From IMG/VR virus record IMGVR_UViG_3300026185_000029: a stretch of 64,000 bases of DNA; one strand, given 5' to 3'. Below the pieces are notes generated by a model. It had not been told where the DNA came from. It searched no databases and saw only the letters and a program-made list of their open reading frames with translations. The translations under genes and the position numbers were made by a program. Below are positions 46,016 to 56,197 of this stretch, piece by piece (position 1 is the first letter of the stretch; each line of letters begins with the position of its first letter). Source of the stretch: an uncultured virus (IMG/VR IMGVR_UViG_3300026185_000029). Lineage: Duplodnaviria; Heunggongvirae; Uroviricota; Caudoviricetes.

Positions 46016-46216
46016 GTGAAGAAAATGCGGGTAGGACAAATCATTGAAGGGTATAAAATCGTCCAATTGGATGCTGACCCTGCGCACGGCTTTTATGGTT
46101 GTGCTGTATCAACTATAAATGGAGGTCATATGTTCACCTTCTGTGCTCATTGTTTAGATGATTTAACGAAAGAATTCTTCTCTTCGTTGGAAGAATTAAA
46201 GGAATGGGCTTCTTAA
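46016..46216 (+). CDS. Hypothetical protein
   Basis: 66 aa, purine-rich RBS. Confidence 0.55.
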   Translation: MKKMRVGQIIEGYKIVQLDADPAHGFYGCAVSTINGGHMFTFCAHCLDDLTKEFFSSLEELKEWAS

Positions 46217-46495
46217 CTTATAGAATCTTATTTCCTATCTGACGAAGATAGTATATGTATAGATAAGAGGTAAAGAAATTTAGGTATAACGAGTTTTGTT
46301 ATTTTCTAATAACCTTTATTTCTTATCTATTTTGTTATTCATTAAGTAATTAACTTTTGGAGTAATTAGAATATGGCATCAATGTTAAAAAATAGCTATT
46401 ATTGGGAAGGCTTTCAAGAAAAGATTTAAAAGATTTAGAGGATTAAAAAGGCTAGATATAGCTCTTCCTCACTAAGTTGAAACTCTTTACAAATC

Positions 46496-46756
46496 ATGCC
46501 AAGAAGGAATCGTCAACCTAGTCTTTTAGGCCAGCTTATTGGAGTAACATTTGTTGCTTTTCTAATGTTGGTAAGTTGGGGATTGGGCCTATTAGTTGAA
46601 CATATATTGTTCCTTAACGGGGTCACATCCCGTCTTTTCTGCCTAGAAGAAAGCCACGAGTTAATCAAAGTAAATGGACGTAAGGATCAATGTATTGATC
46701 CTGTGACTAATCAGCTATATACGGCTGAGAAGAGAAAGATCAACCAATACAAATAG
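46496..46756 (+). CDS. Small membrane protein
   Basis: One hydrophobic helix, two Cys; same layout as 28121. Confidence 0.6.
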   Translation: MPRRNRQPSLLGQLIGVTFVAFLMLVSWGLGLLVEHILFLNGVTSRLFCLEESHELIKVNGRKDQCIDPVTNQLYTAEKRKINQYK

Positions 46757-46782
46757 GTACGAACAAAACAGGGAGAAAGATA

Positions 46783-46974
46783 ATGAATATGATCCATGGT
46801 TTACTGGAACTACTTATTGGTTCTAAAATCAGTAAGTTTACGGTCTATGTGGTATTATTATCTATTATGGCCTTAAATGGCTTTATAGGATTAATCTTGT
46901 TTGATTACCTTTCAGAGGATTTTAGTCTGATGGACTTAGATCCAAGACCGCCTTTACAAGAAGAACAGGAGTAA
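46783..46974 (+). CDS. Small membrane protein
   Basis: Hydrophobic core, GGGAG RBS. Confidence 0.55.
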   Translation: MNMIHGLLELLIGSKISKFTVYVVLLSIMALNGFIGLILFDYLSEDFSLMDLDPRPPLQEEQE

Positions 46975-47073
46975 GACAAATTAATATAGGTTTATAAACT
47001 TTAACTAATGAGGAGTTTATAAACCTGTATATTTGTAGGATAGAAAGAAGAGGAGAGAATATAAAAACAAGAA

Positions 47074-47430
47074 ATGAAATATATCTTTATCAAAGACGTT
47101 ACTCCTAGTGCCCCTCCGTTCCTCACAAGTGATCCGGTTTTTATTAAACCCGGTGTATGGGGAATTGAGGATCCAATTAAGGACACTGGGAATTTAGTTC
47201 CTTTAGATTACTTGATCTGCACTGCGGATCAATACAATGACTTGTACAAGTCCAATAAAACAGGAGGAACTAAGGTATTAGTGAAAGAAGAGGTAAAGAC
47301 TCCTCTCTATCACTTGATGAGAGATCCGATTACTTGGAAACAATATATTATCCAAGGGCGTTTCTTCGGATATTATGTATCACAAGAGTTTGCTAATGAT
47401 GCCGATTTTGTTCCTCAACCGGTAGTATAA
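47074..47430 (+). CDS. Hypothetical protein
   Basis: 118-aa ORF. Confidence 0.6.
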   Translation: MKYIFIKDVTPSAPPFLTSDPVFIKPGVWGIEDPIKDTGNLVPLDYLICTADQYNDLYKSNKTGGTKVLVKEEVKTPLYHLMRDPITWKQYIIQGRFFGYYVSQEFANDADFVPQPVV

Positions 47431-47486
47431 ACTTTAACCGGTAGTATAAAACTTATTGTTCCTTTTCTAACTAATCTAAATTAAAC

Positions 47487-47813
47487 ATGAACATTGAACG
47501 TACTGTACTCTTATCTGCTTTAAATGAAGCAGATATGTTAATTGTTGGTCATCCAAGTTGGGATGAAGCATTAGTCTTGGAAAGGGTCGATGGTTACATT
47601 CATCATCCTTCTTTAAAGGATGGTATCTGGACTTATCCAATTGCTAAGCAGGACCGTCCAATTATTGAAAGAGCTAACTCTTGGGATATTCCAGCAGGTG
47701 ATTGGGGTATTCTATATGGAGCATCTAATAATGATGGGCCAGTAGAGACTTGGGATGGATGTCCTAATGTACACCTAAAAATAATCGACAGAAAGGATGA
47801 AGAAGAAGAATAA
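47487..47813 (+). CDS. Hypothetical protein
   Basis: 108-aa ORF. Confidence 0.6.
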   Translation: MNIERTVLLSALNEADMLIVGHPSWDEALVLERVDGYIHHPSLKDGIWTYPIAKQDRPIIERANSWDIPAGDWGILYGASNNDGPVETWDGCPNVHLKIIDRKDEEEE

Positions 47814-48048
47814 TAAGTTCAAATGGATTAAGAAATTAGAAGTTCTTAATCCTATTAATAAACTCAAACGGCTTTATGAGAAAGTTACTGGAAAGAAAGC
47901 TACTCGTAAAGTTGTTTGGGTATTTATAGCATTGTGGGCTTTTTACCATTCTCTAGTAGGAGTATCTATTTTACTAGGGGGAGGTTTGATTGTAAAGGAG
48001 GCCTATAATGTAGTTATTGAATTTATTGGACCAGTTAATAACTATTGA
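47797..48048 (+). CDS. Small membrane protein
   Basis: Basic N-terminus, hydrophobic C-terminal half. Confidence 0.55.
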   Translation: MKKKNNKFKWIKKLEVLNPINKLKRLYEKVTGKKATRKVVWVFIALWAFYHSLVGVSILLGGGLIVKEAYNVVIEFIGPVNNY

Positions 48049-48122
48049 TAATAGAATTGTTTCCTTTATATTCAAATTGGGAGAAGGTAAAAGACTAAAT
48101 AGTTTTTAATATTTCAATGTAA

Positions 48123-48193
48123 CCCCCAGTAGCTTAATGGTAAAGCGGTCGACTCATAATCGATTGAAGAAAGTTCAATTCTTTCCTGGGGGA
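48123..48193 (+). tRNA. tRNA with CAT anticodon
   Basis: CCCCCAG/CTGGGGG, GTCGA-CTCATAA-TCGAT, GAAAG-TTCAATT-CTTTC. Confidence 0.88.
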
Positions 48194-48310
48194 TTGATAA
48201 AGTTTGTGTAGCCTAGTGGATAAGGCTATTACTACTATTTAATATCTTGAGGCAATAAACATCTCGTACTGCTGTATGAGAAATACTTCAAACTGTGGGT
48301 AGAAAAAGAG

Positions 48311-48742
48311 ATGAGACTAATTCATTGTTCTCATGTTGGGGGTATAAAGAGCCCTCCGGATATTCTTCATAAACAAGATATCGATGACGGTACTGATATT
48401 ATGAGCTACCATCGATACCATTATTTAAAGGGATTACCTGCACCTACAGAAGAGGAAATGTTAAGGAATAGAGAAGATAGAGTTGTATTCTTTTCTTTAC
48501 CTGGTTGGACATTATGGCCTTATGGAGAAATGTACTCCATTGAGGTAGATAATAATACTCCTTGTTATGCCAGTATTGGTGGTAGCTACTCTAGCCTTAC
48601 TAATATAGAGGTTGCGGAAGAAGTACTATTGGAAGTACTTGAAAGAGAAAGATTACCTTTAGATAATATAAGGTTCTTTGAAGTAGTAATTCCCATTAAA
48701 TGGCTTCCTTCAGATATCAATATTATCTATCGATACTTGTAG
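48311..48742 (+). CDS. Hypothetical protein (weak ADP-ribosyltransferase-fold pattern)
   Basis: LIHCS...VFFS...FEVVIP spacing only; family call speculative. Confidence 0.5.
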   Translation: MRLIHCSHVGGIKSPPDILHKQDIDDGTDIMSYHRYHYLKGLPAPTEEEMLRNREDRVVFFSLPGWTLWPYGEMYSIEVDNNTPCYASIGGSYSSLTNIEVAEEVLLEVLERERLPLDNIRFFEVVIPIKWLPSDINIIYRYL

Positions 48743-48757
48743 AAATATATATACATA

Positions 48758-48946
48758 ATGAGTGATAATAAGACTGATAATAAGACTGACTATGAGAAAG
48801 GCTATGAGCAAGGTTATGCTGATGGTCCTTCATGGGAAGAGGGGACTTGGGGCAGATCCGTTTCGAGCCTAACGGGTAATGAATCCTGTGAATATGAAAG
48901 AGGATATAAAGACGGATGGACTAAGAGGTTAAAAGAAGATAATTAA
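48758..48946 (+). CDS. Hypothetical protein with YxxGY repeats
   Basis: YEKGYEQGYADGPSW..YERGYKDGW; paralogous to 10826. Confidence 0.65.
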   Translation: MSDNKTDNKTDYEKGYEQGYADGPSWEEGTWGRSVSSLTGNESCEYERGYKDGWTKRLKEDN

Positions 48947-49066
48947 AAGGGGTTTATAATATAAACTACCAAATGGTACATGTTTGGACAATTAATAGGA
49001 CAAGAGATTAAAGAAGGGTTATAGATCGATTTACCTTTACCATAGATTGTATTCAACAATCTTTGG

Positions 49067-49384
49067 ATGGGTCATGAAATTAGTACGGTTTGGTACACTA
49101 CAGCTTATCTATTGGGGTATATATTAGCCATGACTAAGTACGGATTAATTAGTCCATCAGGTTCAACAGCCGCACAGGCATATGAAGTTCATAATACACA
49201 TCCTACTCGTATCGCCTTTCTCCAACCTAATGCTGAATTAGGTACATGGATGGATCTTCCAGAGCCAGATTTACCTAATAAAGAATGGGTATGGTCTGAA
49301 ATAGAGGATGGACCTTTGTTTGATTCTCTAGAAGATCTATTGAATTATTATAAGGAGAGCAGTCAATATGACCCGGAATACTAA
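49067..49384 (+). CDS. Hypothetical protein (start may be 49130)
   Basis: ORF overlapping the start of the next gene. Confidence 0.55.
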   Translation: MGHEISTVWYTTAYLLGYILAMTKYGLISPSGSTAAQAYEVHNTHPTRIAFLQPNAELGTWMDLPEPDLPNKEWVWSEIEDGPLFDSLEDLLNYYKESSQYDPEY

Positions 49385-49745
49385 TGAAGTTCTAATCCCT
49401 GTTCATGTATGGGGAGATGTTGACCCTCTTCCGCTACTCCAATCCTACGGTTTAGAACCAGAGGATTATGAGATACTTCATCATGAGTTCTACTCTGCTG
49501 ATGAAGTAGAAATTCTAGTAGGAGAGTCTATAGAGGACGAAGAATATACAGAATCAGTAGAGGTTCCTTGTGGCTTCTGGATTCTTTCTGATACTTGCCC
49601 TTGGTGGCAAGTTCATCAACTCACCTATTTACTGGGAAGGAGATGGGATCAATTAGTGGTCCGGTTCCATTGCAGTACCTACTGGAGCTATATTGCACAC
49701 TTCGATCTAGATCCAGTATTAAGAGTGAAAGAGGATGATGTGTGA
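49368..49745 (+). CDS. Hypothetical protein
   Basis: 125 aa, AAGGAG RBS. Confidence 0.65.
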   Translation: MTRNTNEVLIPVHVWGDVDPLPLLQSYGLEPEDYEILHHEFYSADEVEILVGESIEDEEYTESVEVPCGFWILSDTCPWWQVHQLTYLLGRRWDQLVVRFHCSTYWSYIAHFDLDPVLRVKEDDV

Positions 49746-50082
49746 TATAGAAGAAAAAGTGGAACGAAGTATAGGGGAAATGGTATCTCTTCTCCATGCT
49801 AAAGATAAGAAGTTAGGATACAGAGTTACCGTAAGGATTATAATAGAAACTTCTCTTACTTCCTACGAGGACTTAGGAGTAGAACTATACTCAATGACAA
49901 AGTTCTTTAGTGCTCTTCGTAAAGTAGCGGATGTAGCTAATTACAAAGATTTACTGGTAGGTATACTAAAGGAGAGGCTAGTTCCTTTCCAAGAAGAATT
50001 GAAAGAATTTGCTGAGGAGGAAGATTTTCCTGAGTTCTTAGGAATCTTCGTAGAAGAGCTATTCTTGTTCCTGAGTTCTTGA
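49735..50082 (+). CDS. Hypothetical protein
   Basis: 115 aa, coupled to the upstream ORF. Confidence 0.6.
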   Translation: MMCDIEEKVERSIGEMVSLLHAKDKKLGYRVTVRIIIETSLTSYEDLGVELYSMTKFFSALRKVADVANYKDLLVGILKERLVPFQEELKEFAEEEDFPEFLGIFVEELFLFLSS

Positions 50083-50231
50083 GATAGGAGAAGTATTGAA
50101 TTTGTATCGTCGTGAAAGGGTATTAATGAATTAGAGAATAAGCAGTTATAGCTTACATAGATAAAGCAATTATTAGGCTCGTTAGTTACGGGCCAGTTGT
50201 CGTCAATTTCTAATCAAGGAGAGTTATCGTT

Positions 50232-50441
50232 ATGTCTTCATTTACTATTAGCCAGTTGCCTACTCAGGCACAATTCAATCAGGAGTATAAAGGTTATACT
50301 CTTTACGTAGGTGGAGATGATTTATCTCCCACCTATTGGATCTTTGATTCTCATGGCAAATATCTTGATGGAGGCTGTGAAGATATGTCAATTCCTAATC
50401 TCGAAGATTGGGTCAATTATCATTATCCCAATGTAGCCTAA
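50232..50441 (+). CDS. Hypothetical protein (paralogue of 21505)
   Basis: GDDLSP motif; AAGGAG RBS. Confidence 0.75.
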   Translation: MSSFTISQLPTQAQFNQEYKGYTLYVGGDDLSPTYWIFDSHGKYLDGGCEDMSIPNLEDWVNYHYPNVA

Positions 50442-50451
50442 CTAAGAAGGT

Positions 50452-50503
50452 ATTAGATAAAGGAAGTTCCTAATCATAATTATAAATTTACTTCCCATCT
50501 AAT
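50452..50503 (+). ncRNA. Small bulged-stem RNA family Y, copy 1 of 7 (also 53111..53170, 53995..54055, 57692..57759, 58400..58455, 63619..63679, 63721..63787)
   Basis: Outer stem-AAA-RAGTTCCTA-(AT-rich loop)-TTACTY-bulge-outer stem; the outer stems covary. Confidence 0.65.
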
Positions 50504-50672
50504 TTACTGATCTTGATGAGAATGTAGGTGAATAAGGAATAAAGAGAGTTAGATGTAAACAGGTTTTTGTTACTGTCCCATCTTTTCTAATAATCTTTAT
50601 TTCTTATTCATTTTTATATACACAAGGATACGATATCATATATACTCTTCAATATTGAGGAGATGACAATAG

Positions 50673-50744
50673 GGGTGTGTAGTTCAACGGACAGAACAGG
50701 GACCTTCTAAGTCTCATATGGGGGTTCGATTCCCTCCACACCTG
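50673..50744 (+). tRNA. tRNA-Arg(TCT)
   Basis: GGGTGTG/CACACCT, GGGAC-CTTCTAA-GTCTC, GGTTCGATTCC. Confidence 0.9.
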
Positions 50745-50900
50745 TTTAGACCAACGGGCCAACTTCAATCAGGATTTGGATGATATATGTAGAGAAATAC
50801 AAGTCTATGGTTTTGACACCTCTCCTCATCTGATGAAAATGGTAGAGGAGGCCGATGGTAAACTCTAATAATAAATTAAATAAGAAGGAGAGAAATACAA

Positions 50901-52430
50901 ATGAGTACATTTAAAGATAGTGTCTTTAGTGATAAAAGTATTGGTATTGGAACTAATGTATCTACTTGGAATGGGGCTATTTCCTATGACTCTACTAGTT
51001 CTTCATTGGTAGACCTATTCTTTAAATTAGGTAGAGCCTTTAATAACTTTGATAATAACTTTGATTTATTGGTTGAAGCACTAGACTTAGACCCTGTAGC
51101 TACACTTAAGATTATCTTTCATGCAAGAGACCCCCGAGGAGGTAAAGGAGAGAAACAATTATTCATTGATATCTTCCAGCACAACTGGGGTATTCATGAA
51201 AATAAACGTATATCCCTATTAAGTACTGAAGAGTTCTGGTTATTAGCTGCAGAGTATGGAAGTTGGAAAACAACTATCCAATTGGGATATTCTTTAGACC
51301 CTGTTAGTCGTGAGGGGCAATCCTTTCTTCAAGCTGTTAAGAAGCAGTTGAAGCAAGATATCACCTCTGATCGTCCTAGCTTATTAGGCAAATGGCTACC
51401 TCGTGCAAGTAAAAGTCTAGCTAAGACTTATCCTTTAATGCAAAAGGCTTTACTAAAGTCTTTGAGTATGAAAGAGAAAGAATACCGTCAGACGGTGTCT
51501 AGTTTATCTGCAAGGCTCAAGGTAGTAGAGCACTATATGTCTTCCCGAGATTGGGAGCATATTAATTACTCAACGGTTCCTTCCGTGGCTATGAAGATTT
51601 ATTCTTCTGCGTTCCAGCGTCATGATGAAAAAGGATTCTCCGATTGGATTCAACAAATCCAGGAAGGGGTATCTGAAGTGAAAGCCAAATTACTTCATCC
51701 TCATGAAGTATTGAAAGGAGTCTGTAGTGTTGAAGGAGACCAATTAACTCTTAAACAAGAGCAATGGAAAGTCTTAGTAGAGGAAGTTAAAGCTAAAGGA
51801 GTCTTGTCTAACATGATTCCTCTATGTGATGTCTCGGGATCCATGGAAGGGCTTCCAATGGAAGTTTCTATAGCCTTGGGTTTACTCATTAGTCAGGTAG
51901 TAAAAGAACCTTTCAAGGATCTTGTAATTACCTTCAGTGCTGACCCTGAGCTATATCACCTAGATAGCAAGCGCTATCTGCGAGCACGTTACGAAAAGTT
52001 GAGGAATGCACCTTGGGGATTCAATACCGACCTTCAAAAAGTATTTGATCTAATCCTTAATCGGAGTCAACAATACAATGTCCCGGATGAGGATATGCCC
52101 AAAGTACTGCTTATCTTATCAGATATGCAGTTTGATGAAGCAGCTCGAGATTCTTCGTTAACCAACTTTGAGTCTATCCAGGTTAAATACAATGAAGCTG
52201 GTTATACTATGCCTCATATCGTATTCTGGAATCTCAACAGTACAACATTAGATTTCCCTGCACCTCTAGGAGATAAAGTCTCCTTCATCAGCGGGTTCTC
52301 ACCTGTTGTCCTTCAAGCCTTTATGGATGGGGAACAGCTAGGTTCGCGTCAAGTCCTCAATAAGTTAGTGCTAGAGAATCCTAGATACCAACCTATTGAA
52401 GAGCTATGCACTTCCGCCTGGAATACATAG
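50901..52430 (+). CDS. DUF2828-type TROVE-like helical protein with C-terminal vWA domain
   Basis: VDLFF, IFHARDPRGGKGE, EYGSWK, LLGKWLPR, YSTVPSVAM, MIDAS DVSGSM, LSDMQFD, IVFWNL, SGFS. Confidence 0.85.
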   Translation: MSTFKDSVFSDKSIGIGTNVSTWNGAISYDSTSSSLVDLFFKLGRAFNNFDNNFDLLVEALDLDPVATLKIIFHARDPRGGKGEKQLFIDIFQHNWGIHENKRISLLSTEEFWLLAAEYGSWKTTIQLGYSLDPVSREGQSFLQAVKKQLKQDITSDRPSLLGKWLPRASKSLAKTYPLMQKALLKSLSMKEKEYRQTVSSLSARLKVVEHYMSSRDWEHINYSTVPSVAMKIYSSAFQRHDEKGFSDWIQQIQEGVSEVKAKLLHPHEVLKGVCSVEGDQLTLKQEQWKVLVEEVKAKGVLSNMIPLCDVSGSMEGLPMEVSIALGLLISQVVKEPFKDLVITFSADPELYHLDSKRYLRARYEKLRNAPWGFNTDLQKVFDLILNRSQQYNVPDEDMPKVLLILSDMQFDEAARDSSLTNFESIQVKYNEAGYTMPHIVFWNLNSTTLDFPAPLGDKVSFISGFSPVVLQAFMDGEQLGSRQVLNKLVLENPRYQPIEELCTSAWNT

Positions 52431-52439
52431 AAGAAAATA

Positions 52440-52917
52440 AGGCCCCTTACAGCAATATCTTTTTTATGAGGATAAACTAAATGGGGCCTGTTCTAGTTTT
52501 CATCATTTGTGTTTATAGATGAAGCAAAACTTCCTTAATTATCAAGCTGCCAACTTTGAGTTAAGATAGTTTAGATAGATTCATCTATAGATAAAGTCCC
52601 TAACAGCAATTTAAATGTTTTGTTATAACTAAATGGGACTTGTGCAAAAGACTACATGAAGATCTCTAACAGCAATCTAATTTCTAATGCATACAGAATA
52701 AATTGAGATCTGAGTAGTCCTAATAGAAGAAGAGGGTTTGGATATACATTTATGTGTATCAGAAAATCCTTAACAGCATAACTATAATACTAAGAGAAGA
52801 AGACCTCTAACAGCAATTCAAATCTAACAAACATAGAAAAAATGAGGTCTGTAGAAACACAGTTATAAAGCCCCTAACAGCAACTTAAATGTTTTGTTAT
52901 AACTAAATGGGGCTTGT
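52440..52917 (+). ncRNA. Array of five ACAGCAA hairpin RNAs (52440..52491, 52594..52643, 52660..52712, 52801..52852, 52868..52917)
   Basis: 7-bp closing stems differ in sequence but always pair (AGGCCCC/GGGGCCT, AAGTCCC/GGGACTT, AGATCTC/GAGATCT, AGACCTC/GAGGTCT, AAGCCCC/GGGGCTT) around invariant TWACAGCAA...AAAT; sixth copy at 59131..59179. Confidence 0.8.
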
Positions 52918-53272
52918 AGTAACTGTATTTAGATAGATTGAATCTATCAACTAAAGGCATATAGTTTAGATCATTAGCGTGGAGGACGAAAGAAATCCAC
53001 AGTTTGTCATTTTGTGTGGAATTAGTATGTAAGAGTCAAATAGCACTTAAAGATTTTATCTACTAAATCTACATATCAATTCCTAATGATGTAATTTAAA
53101 TATAGAAACGAAGAAGGCAAAGGGAGTTCCTATATTTTTAAGATATAAAGCTTACTCCTCAGCTTTCTTGTTTTTCATCTTTTTACGTTTAGTATTCCAA
53201 TCACTAATAGCTTTTAATCCTCAAATGAATTGAGGGCGTATGTAATAGGTTAGTTTAGTTAACTAAATAAAA

Positions 53273-53349
53273 ACATCTATAGTTTAATAAGCAAAATAAT
53301 ACTTTTTTCACGAGAAGTAGAGATAAAGGTTTGAATCCTTTTAGATGTA
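53273..53349 (+). ncRNA. Degenerate tRNA-like element
   Basis: ACATCTA/TAGATGT, TACTTTTT-TCAC-GAGAAGTA arm, AAAGG-TTTGAAT-CCTTT. Confidence 0.55.
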
Positions 53350-53387
53350 TGTTTTGTTCGAATGTTTAGTAGATTAAGGAGCGAGTT

Positions 53388-53894
53388 ATGTCTCATTGGA
53401 CTTACGTCAAGGGTCACTTTAAGGCTAGTATTGACAGTAAAAATGGAGATAAAAGAATAAGACTAGGGAATGTTATCGATATAAAATGTATTCCGAGTTA
53501 TATCAGTATAGCCCCCAGAGAAGTTGCCTTTTTCCTTTATCAACAGTTTAAACTAGTTGGCTTAAGGCTCTTACCCTTTCAATGTATTAAAGGAGATGAA
53601 GGGTATCTTATGTTCACTTATTTAATGCCTAGTTGGCTAGGAGGAACAACTACAACTGTATGCCGTGGTAATCTTAGAGGTTTAGAAGAAGATGAAGTAT
53701 ATGATACAGTCCAACCTTGGATTGATAATGTACTTGATCATCACAAATTTCCCATTGATGCAAATGTAAAAGCAACTACTGCTACTCATACTCATGAATG
53801 GAATATTACGTTCTCTGAAACAACATATACCCGAACTGGAGTAGAGGATAATGGGGTGGGTAATGGTTTAGATAAGAACTCTCTTCACTTTTGA
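53388..53894 (+). CDS. Hypothetical protein
   Basis: MSHWTYVKG...RGNLR pattern; AAGGAG RBS. Confidence 0.65.
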   Translation: MSHWTYVKGHFKASIDSKNGDKRIRLGNVIDIKCIPSYISIAPREVAFFLYQQFKLVGLRLLPFQCIKGDEGYLMFTYLMPSWLGGTTTTVCRGNLRGLEEDEVYDTVQPWIDNVLDHHKFPIDANVKATTATHTHEWNITFSETTYTRTGVEDNGVGNGLDKNSLHF

Positions 53895-54203
53895 GGAGAG
53901 GAAGTCCTTACATCACAGACTACCCTGACAAAAGGATATCTTCTATATTTCATCAATAAGTAGAATAAGAAAGCTACAACTTTCATCGTAGAATAAGGAA
54001 GCTAAAAGGAGTTCCTATATTTTTAAGATATAAAGCTTACTCCTCAGCTTTCTTGCTATTCTCATCTTTTTACGTTTAGTATTCCAATCACTAATAGCTT
54101 TTTAATCTTCAAATGAATTGAGGGAGTATAGTTCAACTGACCCATAGAATAAGTCTTTAATAGAAGGGCTGAAAGAAGAGTTTATATTATGTAACTATTA
54201 ATT

Positions 54204-54398
54204 ATGAAAAGTTTAAATATTAAAGGTAAATGGTATTTTGATCCCAAGCGGGACAAAGATCTATTAGAGGTTTATAGCAGATTTGCTCTTTTATGCACCT
54301 GTTTTGAAGAGGAGCAACAACGGCTAATGGAGTCTTTATTACAAGTTCCTGAAGGAACTTCCATACAGATTTCTATACTAGTAGGGGATGATGATTAA
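54204..54398 (+). CDS. Hypothetical protein (paralogue of 56428, inside a duplicated segment)
   Basis: FDP.RDK.LLE.Y.RFALL..CFEEEQ..GTSIQISILVGDD; flanking DNA is also duplicated. Confidence 0.7.
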   Translation: MKSLNIKGKWYFDPKRDKDLLEVYSRFALLCTCFEEEQQRLMESLLQVPEGTSIQISILVGDDD

Positions 54399-54529
54399 CA
54401 AACAGATATAAATATTTATAAGAACTGATAAATGTATTAATATATATTAATATTAATTAATCAATCAGTTTTTATAAATAATTATGGAAGAATCTTCTAA
54501 ATAATATAAGTTCAATTGTTCATTTTCTT

Positions 54530-54602
54530 CTCTCCGTAGTTCAGTTGGATAGAACACGAACCTCCTAAGTTTGAGACCCCTGTTCGAGTCAGGGCGGAGA
54601 GG
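54530..54602 (+). tRNA. tRNA-Arg(CCT)
   Basis: CTCTCCG/CGGAGAG, CGAAC-CTCCTAA-GTTTG, CCCTG-TTCGAGT-CAGGG. Confidence 0.9.
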
Positions 54603-54677
54603 CTTAACACCTTTATATTGGATATATAGAATAAAGGGATACAAGAGGATTAAGATTCTTATAAGAACCAATAAATT

Positions 54678-55244
54678 ATGGATGTCTTTAGACACTTCAA
54701 TGTTCCTATTATTCCCACCCATGGAGAGGTACCTTCTGATGGCTTATATTGCTATTCAGATGGGAGTACGAATAGATTTACAGAGGATTGGATTAAGGGT
54801 CAATTAGGATTTGTAAATACAGATGAAGTGACCTATTATGGGGTTTCTTCCTGTGGGAGCTGGGGGAATAAAGTAACTAACATTACACCTTCCGCCGTCT
54901 CGTATAAAGATTTTCTATTCAAAATAATTCCGGTTGGAGTTATGGGATACTACAGTGTAGAGATTGGAGTATTAGGAGGAGAGTCCCATATACTCGAAGG
55001 GTATTACAAACCTTCTAGAATGAGTATAGTTTTAGATAGAGTTATAGAATTTGCCAATGAGCTTTATCTTAAACTTAAAATAGACCATTTGGTTGTAGAA
55101 GGAGATATTAGAGAAATCTCTGACCTTCAATTTGATCCTGAAGTAGGCAAGTGGTTTTATCAAGGTAAAGTTGTTGTTGATAAGTCTTATTGTCAACTAC
55201 CTATTCATAACTACTACGTTGTTACATACTTTGTCAAAGCATAA
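54678..55244 (+). CDS. Hypothetical protein
   Basis: 188-aa ORF. Confidence 0.65.
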   Translation: MDVFRHFNVPIIPTHGEVPSDGLYCYSDGSTNRFTEDWIKGQLGFVNTDEVTYYGVSSCGSWGNKVTNITPSAVSYKDFLFKIIPVGVMGYYSVEIGVLGGESHILEGYYKPSRMSIVLDRVIEFANELYLKLKIDHLVVEGDIREISDLQFDPEVGKWFYQGKVVVDKSYCQLPIHNYYVVTYFVKA

Positions 55245-55273
55245 ACAAAAAGGAAAGGAAAGGAAAGCATAAC

Positions 55274-55996
55274 ATGGCTATTAATTGTGAATGGTTAGAT
55301 ACTCCCATTTCAGAAGGCCTCTACTGGTCATATGATCCAGAGAAAGGGGTGCTACACGGCCGCAACCGTCAGCAGTCTAGTAGTATCCGTATCACTTCAA
55401 TAATCGGGAATAAAGATCCCCGAGAAGTCGTAAACGCTTTAAACGAAGCATCTAAGAAGTTTAATAATCCTAAATTAGAGGACTTTAACTTCTCTAAGCC
55501 GGGTAGTAGAATTGCTATGGTTAAAGAATTACGGGGATGCAGAGACTTAGGCTTAAAGGAGGCTAAGGAATTAGTAGAGAGCCTTCTTCAAGAAGATCAG
55601 GGGGGATTACCCTTTACTCCTTATTCAGGTATTCCTGAATTAGAAGGTATGGGATATTTTCCATTTGAACCCACCCAACCGTTTCCGTTAGAAGGAGCTG
55701 AGGTATTAGGTTATAATATTTGTGATAAACCTCAAGAGGTTTCAGAGGTTATTGCATGGTCAGTGGACTTATATTTGGATACATTCTTAATCCGTCCTTG
55801 CTTCATGCTATTAGAGTCAGGATTAGGTTGGAATCCAGTTGATAAAGTTCTAGTAATGGTTGGGGCGCGTCCAGGCACTTCCTTCTTAGAATGTGAAACT
55901 CATGAAGAGGCGGTTCAAGGGATTGAGATTCTTCGTAAAGCCTTTAAAGCAGGTGAAGAAAGTATGAAACAAAAGGTTGTAAAAGCAATGACCTAA
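55274..55996 (+). CDS. Protein with embedded ribosomal bL12 (L7/L12) C-terminal-like motif
   Basis: SRIAMVKELRGCRDLGLKEAKELVE. Confidence 0.7.
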   Translation: MAINCEWLDTPISEGLYWSYDPEKGVLHGRNRQQSSSIRITSIIGNKDPREVVNALNEASKKFNNPKLEDFNFSKPGSRIAMVKELRGCRDLGLKEAKELVESLLQEDQGGLPFTPYSGIPELEGMGYFPFEPTQPFPLEGAEVLGYNICDKPQEVSEVIAWSVDLYLDTFLIRPCFMLLESGLGWNPVDKVLVMVGARPGTSFLECETHEEAVQGIEILRKAFKAGEESMKQKVVKAMT

Positions 55997-56059
55997 AGTC
56001 TCAAAGTTATTATAGATATATCTACACTATTTTTATTGGTGTAGGTATATCTAATAAAT

Positions 56060-56131
56060 GGGCATATAGTTCAATGGATAGAACAGGGACCTTCTAAGTC
56101 TCATATGGGGGTTCGATTCCCTCTATGCCTG
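56060..56131 (+). tRNA. tRNA-Arg(TCT), second copy
   Basis: GGGCATA/TATGCCT; anticodon and T arms identical to 50673. Confidence 0.9.
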
Positions 56132-56197
56132 TGATCAATTTATGAATAAAGAGCAGTCAAAGGATGTTAGGGAGTTTAATAAAGATTTTAAGGGATT

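Noticed and set aside
52440..52917. Possible CRISPR array
   Set aside because: Units covary as hairpins rather than being identical repeats, spacing is irregular and no cas genes are present
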